From positions 1-64,000 of the IMG/VR virus record IMGVR_UViG_3300035670_000033: a stretch of 64,000 nt of DNA; one strand, 5' to 3'. The notes under the pieces were generated by a model. That model saw nothing but the letters and a program-made list of their open reading frames with translations, was not told where the DNA came from and made no database searches. Positions 50,007 to 57,970 of this stretch are shown here, piece by piece (position 1 is the first letter of the stretch; every line of letters begins with the position of its first letter). Both the position numbers and the translations under genes were made by a program. The DNA comes from a virus.

Positions 50007-50271
50007 GGTCTAGGTTTATCTAACAGTATCATTATATACACGGACTTGTCAAATAGCAACCTCGCCACAAACAAATGTTCGCCCACCCCTCCCAAAACTT
50101 TTATATAAGCCACCGTTCGGTTTGGGGTAATTCTTCCCCCTCCTGCTGTTGGGGCAGATCTCGCCCGCCTCCCTAGTCCCGTCGCGGATTTCTTCCGCGG
50201 GGCTGTAAAACTTTGACTTGCAAATCTCAGATGACTCGGATAAACTAAACAGGTACTAGAAATGGGGTGAA

Positions 50272-50871
50272 ATGATTCAAGAAGAACTAAAAGTTTTAGA
50301 AGAAGTCACTAAACAATGGGTTTTGTGGCGCAAAAATAACAACATTCAGAAGAACTCGTGCATTTTGGCGTGCAACTTTGCGCATCAACTGCTGATCCGT
50401 TTGGGTTTGGAACACGAGGTTATTCCCGTCGGGACTACAGTCTTCAACCGCAAAGGGTGGGAGATGTTTGGGATCCCTGCCAACCGACTTCCTGATGATG
50501 CGTGGACAGTCCATTGTTCAAGCCAAACAACAGGTTCAGGTTTTGGTGGACACACCGTAATACATACGGAGAACTACTTTCTAGATTTGACGGCATTGCA
50601 GTTTTCTCGTCCTGAGCACGAAATCTTCGTCGGAGAAACCTTGATAGTCCCGTTAGAAAAGATGGAAGTCTTTGAGCGGGGCTCACAACCTCACGCAATT
50701 CACCTTGCGTTCCGTACCGACAAGTTTTGGACTTTCCCGATCGGTTCAGGTTTGTATTCGTACTACCTAGAGAAGTGGAACACGATCTACCGTAAGTCAC
50801 CCGATTGGAACATCTCGGCAAAGGAGTTAGGTATCCCGAGCATTATTGAGGAAATGCGGAAGGGTTCTTGA
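50272..50871 (+). CDS. Hypothetical protein, possible Cys-His-Asp (transglutaminase-like) fold
   Basis: NSCILAC...GGHTVI...YFLDLT spacing. Confidence 0.45.
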   Translation: MIQEELKVLEEVTKQWVLWRKNNNIQKNSCILACNFAHQLLIRLGLEHEVIPVGTTVFNRKGWEMFGIPANRLPDDAWTVHCSSQTTGSGFGGHTVIHTENYFLDLTALQFSRPEHEIFVGETLIVPLEKMEVFERGSQPHAIHLAFRTDKFWTFPIGSGLYSYYLEKWNTIYRKSPDWNISAKELGIPSIIEEMRKGS

Positions 50872-50896
50872 CTTTGAGACACCCCACCCATATAAT
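50868..50896 (+). promoter_or_regulatory. Sigma-A promoter TTGACT-N17-TATAAT with ACACCC in the spacer
   Basis: Read directly; lies upstream of 50935..51267. Confidence 0.8.
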
Positions 50897-50934
50897 GGTA
50901 CTTGTAAGATAAACCTACTAAATAAGGAGACGAA

Positions 50935-51267
50935 ATGAACGAGAACACTTACCGAACAGCAAAGACCGTGCTTATCACGGCGAGCGTAACTATTGCGTCA
51001 GTATTCGCATTTAGTTTCTTGAGCAAGCAGAACACCAAAGACAACGAGTTTTTCTGCAACGGAGCACCAATAAGCGTCAAAAATGGCGACACCTTGTATT
51101 GGATTGCACGCACAAACTGTGAAGGCAACACCATGAATGTTGTAGACGAACTAGTACGAGTTTACGGAACTGATCTAACCGTTGGTGACACAATCTACCT
51201 ACCCACTCACCCGAATTGCGAACTACGCATGACAGACGGCGGACAAGTAATGGAAGAGTGCAAGTAA
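50935..51267 (+). CDS. Membrane-anchored LysM-domain protein
   Basis: N-terminal TM helix; VKNGDTLYWIA...DLTVGDTIYLP. Confidence 0.75.
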   Translation: MNENTYRTAKTVLITASVTIASVFAFSFLSKQNTKDNEFFCNGAPISVKNGDTLYWIARTNCEGNTMNVVDELVRVYGTDLTVGDTIYLPTHPNCELRMTDGGQVMEECK

Positions 51268-51715
51268 TGGGCATAGAGAAACTAGATAACCCATACACAA
51301 CGGAGTGTCTTGACTGCGGAATAAACCTGTGGTCACAATACCTGCACTATTTAGGTATGGACAACGACACTGCACAATGTGCGAACTGTCTAACAGCGAA
51401 CCCTACTAAATATGAAAGAGAGATAGAAATAGCATGAGCGAACAAAACGGACAACTACCAACCTTCGGCGAATGGTGCGATCTGCACTCTTTCAACCCCG
51501 ACAACGACGACAACTTTAGTCTCTACCTGAATTGGTTACAGAGAGAAACGAGCAAGTAATGAGCGACACCGAAGTCACCCTAGAAGACCTAGACGAAACA
51601 GTTAGCGAACTAGACCGTCTAATGGCGTTACTAGCAGAGCGTCTAGGCGCACGACCCGTAACCGAAGCACCTCACTATCAAGACAAATAACCCCCAACAG
51701 GGATAAACTTACCTA

Positions 51716-53650
51716 GTGTCAGAGAAATACCTCTTCCTAGCCGACGACCATTTAGTCTCAACCTCGCCATACGACCGAGAAGAAGTTGAACAAATCAAAG
51801 CCATCAACGGCGCAAAGTGGGACAAAGTAGCCAAAGCGTGGCGTATCCCAATGTCTTCAGTTGTTGAAGCGCGGGACTTCGGAATGCGCAACGGGTTCAC
51901 CATAGACCCTCAGGTTCTGACATTTGATCTTCCTGAGAAACTCAACCCAATCTTCGGTGTCACCCTAGAAAAAGACTTTATTTATATGTCCTTTGCTTAC
52001 GACCCTGTGAAAGTCAAAGCAGTCAAGGAGATTCCGAGCGTAACTTGGCACGCAAAAACCAAAGCGTGGCGTGCACCCGTAGCAAGTATCGCCGAATGCA
52101 TCAGTTGGGCAGAGAAGTTCAACCAACAAGTCCCAAACAACCTGAGTGATTTGGCTTCCAAACTCAAAGAAACACACGACGCTTCCGTGCAACAGTCCCG
52201 ATCCGTAGATGCGGATCTAGAAGTCGCGGGACTCCCACTTCTTCCATACCAGCGAGCCGGAGTGAAATACGCGTCAGCAGCCAAAAGATGCTTTATTGCT
52301 GATGACATGGGACTCGGGAAAACCTTGCAGGCGATTGCAACTTTGGAATATGTTTGGGATTCCTACCCTGCGATTGTTGTTTGCCCACCCAACTTGGTGT
52401 TGAATTGGCAGAAAGAATACGCCAAATGGCTACCTGAAAAGAAAGTCGTAACGGTTATAGACCGCAAAACCTTCCCCGAACATAAAGACTTTGATGTTCT
52501 TGTTATTGGATACTCTAACATTTCTCATTGGCAAAAGCAAATCACCAACTTCAGGTCACTCGTGCTTGATGAGTCACATTACGTTAAATCTCCAACGTCT
52601 CAGAGAACCAAAGCCGCCATCAAGATCGCCAGAACAGTCCCGAGTGACGGAATCGTGTTGTGTCTCACCGGAACACCTGTGACAAACAGACCAGCAGAGT
52701 ACGCATCTCAGTTAGACGTTCTGGGGAAACTAAACACGTTTGGTGGACTTTGGGGTTTTTACCGAAGATATTGCGGTGCTTTCAGAGACAGGTTTGGTCA
52801 ATGGAACATCAACGGCAACTCAAACTTAGATGAACTCAACGAAAGATTACGCGGAAACTGTTATATACGAAGAACCAAAGAGCAGGTCCTCAAAGATCTT
52901 CCTCCCGTGCGGCACGCAAACATCGTCGTGTCTGGTAGCCCCGCGCAGATGGCGGAGTACCGTAAAGCAGAGCGGGACATCGTGGAATATTTGGTTGAAC
53001 GCGCCAAGCAGATCGCGTTGGAAATCGGTAAATCGCCTGGGTCCGCAGCCGTCGTCGCACGCATAAAAGCCGAATCTAATGAACATTTAGTTCGTATTTC
53101 TGTGCTCAGGAAGTTGGCGGCAAGGGCAAAGATGGAATCAGTTATTGAGTTTATTGAATCTCACAGAGATGCTGGTTTGAAAGTGGTTGTTGCGGCTCAC
53201 CACCGAGAGATTGTTGATGAATTGGCAAACAAGTTTGGGGGGCTGAAGATCCAAGGAGGGATGCTGGTCTCAGATGTGGAAGATGCGAAGTCCCGTTTCC
53301 AAGAACAGCCGACGGAAGACGCACCCGTAATTGTTTTGTCCATCCAAGCCGCCAAAACCGGGCACACCCTGACGGCTGCCCAAGATGTTCTTTTTGTTGA
53401 ACTTCCTTGGACACCCGCAGATGTTGACCAAACCTATAGTCGTTGCCATCGTTTGGGACAGCAGGGTTCTGTGACCGCAACCTATTTGTTGTGTGAAGGA
53501 ACTGTTGATGAGGAGATTTACAACCTGATCAGCCGCAAACGTGGAGTCGTTGATGCGGCGACTGATGGCGGGGCTGTGGAGCGAAAGCAGGAGTCGGTTG
53601 GTCAGATGATTGTTGGGATGTTTGCGAAGAGGGGACTTGATGGCATATAG
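51716..53650 (+). CDS. SNF2-family helicase/annealing translocase
   Basis: ADDMGLGKT, LDESH, LTGTP, RRTK and SRCHRLGQ helicase motifs. Confidence 0.93.
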   Translation: MSEKYLFLADDHLVSTSPYDREEVEQIKAINGAKWDKVAKAWRIPMSSVVEARDFGMRNGFTIDPQVLTFDLPEKLNPIFGVTLEKDFIYMSFAYDPVKVKAVKEIPSVTWHAKTKAWRAPVASIAECISWAEKFNQQVPNNLSDLASKLKETHDASVQQSRSVDADLEVAGLPLLPYQRAGVKYASAAKRCFIADDMGLGKTLQAIATLEYVWDSYPAIVVCPPNLVLNWQKEYAKWLPEKKVVTVIDRKTFPEHKDFDVLVIGYSNISHWQKQITNFRSLVLDESHYVKSPTSQRTKAAIKIARTVPSDGIVLCLTGTPVTNRPAEYASQLDVLGKLNTFGGLWGFYRRYCGAFRDRFGQWNINGNSNLDELNERLRGNCYIRRTKEQVLKDLPPVRHANIVVSGSPAQMAEYRKAERDIVEYLVERAKQIALEIGKSPGSAAVVARIKAESNEHLVRISVLRKLAARAKMESVIEFIESHRDAGLKVVVAAHHREIVDELANKFGGLKIQGGMLVSDVEDAKSRFQEQPTEDAPVIVLSIQAAKTGHTLTAAQDVLFVELPWTPADVDQTYSRCHRLGQQGSVTATYLLCEGTVDEEIYNLISRKRGVVDAATDGGAVERKQESVGQMIVGMFAKRGLDGI

Positions 53651-53660
53651 TTCGGATCCC

Positions 53661-53736
53661 GCCCTCGTATCGGCTCACTCTTATAAGGTGTAGAAACCGT
53701 AGCGGTGACACGGTGGTTCAAGTCCACCCGAGGGCA
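53661..53736 (+). tRNA. Non-canonical tRNA-like element, anticodon UAU (Ile), no D-arm, long variable arm
   Basis: 7-bp acceptor GCCCTCG/CGAGGGC, perfect T-arm GGTGG-TTCAAGT-CCACC, loop CTTATAA, only about 7 nt where the D-arm should be, no encoded CCA. Confidence 0.65.
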
Positions 53737-53771
53737 CGAAACCCTTACGCAGTATGGAGTTCACCTAATGT

Positions 53772-54434
53772 TTGCGGTTTGGTTACGCAATTTGCTATAC
53801 TGGAGATACAAGATTACTTGACATAGACGGGCACAAAAGAGACCCGAGACCTATCCCCAAACCGAAGGAAAATCTTTTGATACGCAAAGCAACTTTACTC
53901 GTAATTGCTATATATACCCTGACCTTCTGTGCCTCCGTCGCAAAAGCCTCAGCACCCGATGATGCACCCGGCAGGGGATTCATCGCGTTAGCCCCGCTAT
54001 CAATAAAAACAGCGGATCGCATCAAAACCCCTGATAAGACAGTGGTTTTTAGACACGGAGATGTCAGTTGGCTACCCGAACTCGCACTCGCTGCTGGTTG
54101 GAAGCCAGCACAGTTCAAAAAGTTGTCGCACATCATTCTTCGTGAATCAGGCGGATGCCCGAACCGCATCGGAAGTTCAATCGTTGATAAGAACTGCAAC
54201 ATCACGGGCTACACCAAGGCGACCAACAAGTCCGACTCAGGGCTGTTGCAAATCAACGGTGTGAATTGGGACTTGAAGCGCAACAAGAACGCAATTGCTT
54301 GCGTCAAACTTGGTTTCTGCACCCAACAAGACCTGCTTGACCCAATAAATAACCTGAGGGCGGGAAGACTCTTGTTTGAAGCCGCGGGATGGCAACCGTG
54401 GAATGCATGCAACTGGGATCCAACACGCTGTTAG
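53772..54434 (+). CDS. Secreted lytic transglycosylase (SLT-like)
   Basis: LRESGG (catalytic Glu), DSGLLQIN, DP..NL.AG..L....GWQPW; hydrophobic signal segment; true start probably downstream of 53772. Confidence 0.8.
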   Translation: MRFGYAICYTGDTRLLDIDGHKRDPRPIPKPKENLLIRKATLLVIAIYTLTFCASVAKASAPDDAPGRGFIALAPLSIKTADRIKTPDKTVVFRHGDVSWLPELALAAGWKPAQFKKLSHIILRESGGCPNRIGSSIVDKNCNITGYTKATNKSDSGLLQINGVNWDLKRNKNAIACVKLGFCTQQDLLDPINNLRAGRLLFEAAGWQPWNACNWDPTRC

Positions 54435-54598
54435 TCCCGTAGCGTTTCCTGCTGTTGGGAGGGGAGAAGCCTGACAGCAGGGGACCGCTCTCTGCTGGTC
54501 AAATAATCTTGTAAAAAAGTCTTTGGATAGGTTGACATTCAACCACATTCCATATAAACTATTGCATATAAACTAAACAGGAACCGAGGAGGTATCCG

Positions 54599-55624
54599 AT
54601 GACAGCAAACATAGAAGTAAACAAAGACGGAACAGCGAGATTTGCGTACGCAGGTGCACAAACACCGTGGCACCGACTAGGCAAATCAATGAATGGTCTC
54701 CAAACCATTGACGCAATGTTGGAAGCATCCCAAGCGGACTACCAAGTACTACTCACCAAAATCGCAGTAGTAGACGACGACGGCAACCTAATCAGAAACC
54801 CTGACGGTTCACCCGTGATCGTTGAAGACAACAAAGCAACAGTCCGAATGAACGACGACGGATCATTCTCACCATTCGCAACAGTGGGCAATCGTTACGA
54901 TGTCCGACAGAACCGAGAAGTTCTTGAGCGAGCAATGGCAGTCGTAGGCGCATCAAAGGGCGACGCAGTAATTGACACTTGCGGTGTCCTCAAGGGCGGT
55001 GCACGATTCTTCGCAGGCATTGACCTCGGAACACTCGTCATTGACCCAACGGGCGTAAACGACAGGATCGCACGGTACTTGGTTGTCTCCCACGGACATG
55101 ACGGTTACTGGCCGATTCGGTACGCAAATACCGATGTTCGGGCAGTATGTCAAAACACTGTGATCATGGGCATCAAGAACGCAGAGCGTCTATTCACCGC
55201 ACGACACACCCGTAACGCAGACGAATATCTGAACACCGCACAAGAGGCGTTGCAGATCTCCACTGAATGGGCGAAGAACTTCAAGATTATGGCAGAGCAA
55301 ATGTTGGCGATCCCCGTCCCACAAGCATCACAGCGGGTGGACAAAGTTCTCAACACAGTCTTCCCAATCAAACCAACGGAAACAGATTCTCAGCGACGCA
55401 ATCGTGAAGAAATCACGGGAACAATCCGTGCACTGTACGGTTCACAAAAAAACGCAGGCGGTTACGGTTTCAACGGTTGGAGTATCTACAACTCAGTAGT
55501 TGAATATCTTGACCACCACCGAAAAGGTGATGCAAGTGACCGAGCATTGGCAACCATTGAAGAATATTCGTGGGTGAACAAAGCGAAGATCACAGCACAA
55601 CACGCGGTTTTAGAACTCGCATAA
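54599..55624 (+). CDS. DUF932 phage/plasmid protein
   Basis: PWHRLG, LKGGARFF, SHGHDG, RAVCQNT and RHT signature. Confidence 0.85.
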   Translation: MTANIEVNKDGTARFAYAGAQTPWHRLGKSMNGLQTIDAMLEASQADYQVLLTKIAVVDDDGNLIRNPDGSPVIVEDNKATVRMNDDGSFSPFATVGNRYDVRQNREVLERAMAVVGASKGDAVIDTCGVLKGGARFFAGIDLGTLVIDPTGVNDRIARYLVVSHGHDGYWPIRYANTDVRAVCQNTVIMGIKNAERLFTARHTRNADEYLNTAQEALQISTEWAKNFKIMAEQMLAIPVPQASQRVDKVLNTVFPIKPTETDSQRRNREEITGTIRALYGSQKNAGGYGFNGWSIYNSVVEYLDHHRKGDASDRALATIEEYSWVNKAKITAQHAVLELA

Positions 55625-55686
55625 ATCTCACATCTCCTTGTTGAGGCTTGGATGCCACCCTTTAATCGGGGTGGTATTCTTGTTTT

Positions 55687-56133
55687 ATGGACGATGCAGA
55701 GTGGGACGAGTTCAAAGGAGAGAAGATAGAACTCCCACCCGTAGCAATACCCAAAGACCTATTAAACGAATTAGCAGAGTTTGTGCAGAACGCACTAGCA
55801 AAGGAAAACAAACTTATGAGCCTCACAACCGAAGTATTAGACGAACTGTACCGAGAGATCAACGACGAAGACGCCGCCGCCTCACACATCATTTCCTACA
55901 TACAACGACGACACCATTGGGATGTAGAACTACTCGCCGAACGCCAAGATGTAGACAACATGCTGATGCAAAGGTTCAACATTTTTGACGAGCACATGTG
56001 GGACAAAGTTATGAACACATCAGCGATCTCTGACCTACACCACGAAACCTACAAACTGTCCCAAAAATATATTGCGTTAGCGATCAGGGAAGTTTTGGAT
56101 AAAGACGGGACTGCTGAAGAACCAGCGTTCTAA
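55687..56133 (+). CDS. Hypothetical protein
   Basis: 148-aa acidic helical ORF. Confidence 0.55.
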   Translation: MDDAEWDEFKGEKIELPPVAIPKDLLNELAEFVQNALAKENKLMSLTTEVLDELYREINDEDAAASHIISYIQRRHHWDVELLAERQDVDNMLMQRFNIFDEHMWDKVMNTSAISDLHHETYKLSQKYIALAIREVLDKDGTAEEPAF

Positions 56134-56384
56134 TCTAGATCCGAGTCATCAAGCGGGTCGCCTTCAATCATCTCAAAAGTGGCGGTAAAGCGAGTCCCCT
56201 CTTCGTTATCAACAGATACGACCTTGAACCCAAGCGAATCAAGCATCAAATCAGCCACACCACCCATATCGTCTTCAAATGTTGCGACTTCTTCGTCGGT
56301 TGTTTCATCATCAACCGCAAGGGACACAAGTATCTCCATCAGCAGGTCACGGACTTTTAGGCGGGTTTCTTCAGGTGTATTCAT
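56130..56384 (-). CDS. Small acidic hypothetical protein
   Basis: ATG 56384 (MNTPEETR). Confidence 0.5.
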   Translation of the reverse strand: MNTPEETRLKVRDLLMEILVSLAVDDETTDEEVATFEDDMGGVADLMLDSLGFKVVSVDNEEGTRFTATFEMIEGDPLDDSDLD

Positions 56385-56468
56385 GGTTGCAATACTAGTC
56401 CCGCGTCGGCTATAGTTCTTGTAACTACCCAACCAAAAGGGTTGGGATTTACACTAGGAGGATCCGAA

Positions 56469-56945
56469 GTGAGTGCATCACCCGTAACGCTGGTTGGGAA
56501 TCTAACCGCAGAACCAGAACTGAAGTTTCTACCAACAGGAGTTGGTAAGTTGTCTTTCAGTATTGCAGTAAACCATTATTGGACTGACCAAGATGGTGAA
56601 AAGCAGGAGAAAACCTCCTTTTTCAATATTGTTGCTTGGCGCAACCTCGCCGAAGATGCAGCGAATGTGCTCGCTAAGGGCGTTCGTGTTGTTGTAACGG
56701 GACGGTTGGAACAACGCTCGTGGGACGACAAGGAAACAGGAGCGAAGCGTTCAACAGTTGAAGTTCTTGCTGACAACATTGGTTTGTCGGTTGGGAACAT
56801 TGACTCGTTCGTACGAAAGCAGAAGGCTGAAGGTCAAAGCGGTTCATTCGCACCGAAGGCAAAGACCGCAACCGCATCTGCGCCTGCACGCAACAAGCCA
56901 CAGCCGATGGCTCAGGTTCAACTTGAAGAAGAAGAGGCTTGGTAG
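56469..56945 (+). CDS. ssb: Single-stranded DNA-binding protein
   Basis: VTLVGNLTAEPELKF...VVVTGRLEQRSW...KRSTVEVLAD OB fold; AGGAGG RBS; GTG start; acidic tail. Confidence 0.93.
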   Translation: MSASPVTLVGNLTAEPELKFLPTGVGKLSFSIAVNHYWTDQDGEKQEKTSFFNIVAWRNLAEDAANVLAKGVRVVVTGRLEQRSWDDKETGAKRSTVEVLADNIGLSVGNIDSFVRKQKAEGQSGSFAPKAKTATASAPARNKPQPMAQVQLEEEEAW

Positions 56946-57042
56946 AAGCGGATAGCCCCGCTATCGGATAACTTCCTCACCAATAAGTGTCACCCGTGAG
57001 TGCACTTGGTGAGGTTATTCCGTTGTTATTTCCCAAGTCGTG

Positions 57043-57408
57043 TCAACATTGCCTGCGAAGTCGTTCAATCTTTTTTTTGCTTTCTTCGTCGGTGTTGCAT
57101 TTTTTGTAGAGTTCCATTGTTTCTTCGTCTATTGCGAAGTCGGTTTCATCTCCGTTTGCTGTTGAACGACTGAGTACGACATCTCCGACGAGTAGTTGCC
57201 CGAACAGGTAGGACATTGCGACATTCGCTTCCTGTTTGAGTAGTAGTCCTTCGTCGTGTACATATGCGTGCAAATCTTTACGTAGAGGGTGACGCACGAT
57301 ATCAAACCATCCGCCAACCATGTGGTGAACCATGATGTGTGCGTCTGTTGCGGGTAGGTCTATGTGTCGTACCTCGCCGTTTGCTCTTACAAGTACTGCT
57401 GATGTCAT
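57043..57408 (-). CDS. DUF3846-like protein
   Basis: VGGWFDIV...HDEGLL...N...LVGDVVL. Confidence 0.65.
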   Translation of the reverse strand: MTSAVLVRANGEVRHIDLPATDAHIMVHHMVGGWFDIVRHPLRKDLHAYVHDEGLLLKQEANVAMSYLFGQLLVGDVVLSRSTANGDETDFAIDEETMELYKKCNTDEESKKKIERLRRQC

Positions 57409-57970
57409 TTGTCGCCCATGAATTCTGTTCCGTCTGCAAGTATGCGGACAATACGGGTGTGGTCGTATTCACGGTCTTGGTTTTCAAGACGGATTGGTAG
57501 ATAGAAGTCATTTGTTGTGCGCTTGATGTATGGGTTGCGCAGACCCGACCAAGAGACATGAACACCGCTAGGTACATAGGTCGTGAACCATGCAAACGCT
57601 TCTGCGCTGTTCGCAAATGGTCCGTAAAACTTTTGTGTTCTATCAAACGAGATTACTGCGATAAGTGGTGAGTTGAGATAGTAGGTATCTAGATACTCTT
57701 GCATCTCGTCTAGTGTTTCAATGTTCATTGTTGCTCTTTCGTTGGTACTGCTATTTGGATAGTTCCCGTTTTTGTGTTGTGGGCAATCACTTTGTCGTCT
57801 TGCACCAGCAGAGTGATATCACCCGAGTATTCATAGAAATAGTCGCCGAGGTCTACCGCTCCGCATTTTGTATCTGCTACATATTGTGCGTATGCGAGTA
57901 GACGATCGGCTTCTGTTTCGTAATCGTCTTGTGGACGATCGGGGGGCATTTGCTCTTTTGGTTTGCGCAT
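57405..57970 (-). CDS. Two hypothetical genes (57405..57728, 57725..57970)
   Basis: Coupled ORFs. Confidence 0.55.

Larger units (their letters stand above)
32531..50126 (+). repeat. Dispersed polarised 26-bp repeat (motif A), consensus TTATATACGCCACCGTTCRGKTTGGG
   Basis: Full copies start at 32531, 33286, 33818, 34390, 37340, 41705, 44340, 46257, 47387 and 50101; a partial copy starts at 32844. All are on the same strand. Confidence 0.95.
37441..50204. repeat. Dispersed inverted pair AGCCCCGC-N15-GCGGGRCT (motif B)
   Basis: 31-bp elements at 37441, 41803, 42408, 44406, 46322, 46417 and 47462 (42408 left arm is AGCCCCGA). Variants: N14 at 50175 and N25 at 47765. Confidence 0.92.
36467..50896. 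promoter_or_regulatory. Family of 14 promoters with ACACCC-N6-TANNNT (motif C)
   Basis: Minus-strand -10 hexamers at 36467, 37155, 39929, 40773, 41254, 42055, 43496, 44180, 45797, 46159, 47278, 48854 and 49688; plus-strand at 50891. Spacing checked by hand. 43496 has ACACCG and 37155 has CATACT. Confidence 0.8.

Noticed and set aside
32531-50126. Motif A as a CRISPR array
   Set aside because: Gaps of 0.3-4.4 kb contain whole genes; no regular spacers, no leader, no cas genes.
32531-50126. Motif A as a conserved peptide (P-N-L-N-G-G-V-Y-K on the minus strand)
   Set aside because: Most copies are intergenic. Third positions of AAC GGT GGC are invariant while first and second positions nearby vary, which indicates DNA-level constraint.
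37441-50204. Motif B as integron attC sites, REP elements or terminators
   Set aside because: No RYYYAAC/GTTRRRY ends, no integrase or HUH transposase in the window, no U-tracts, and separate true terminators lie next to them.
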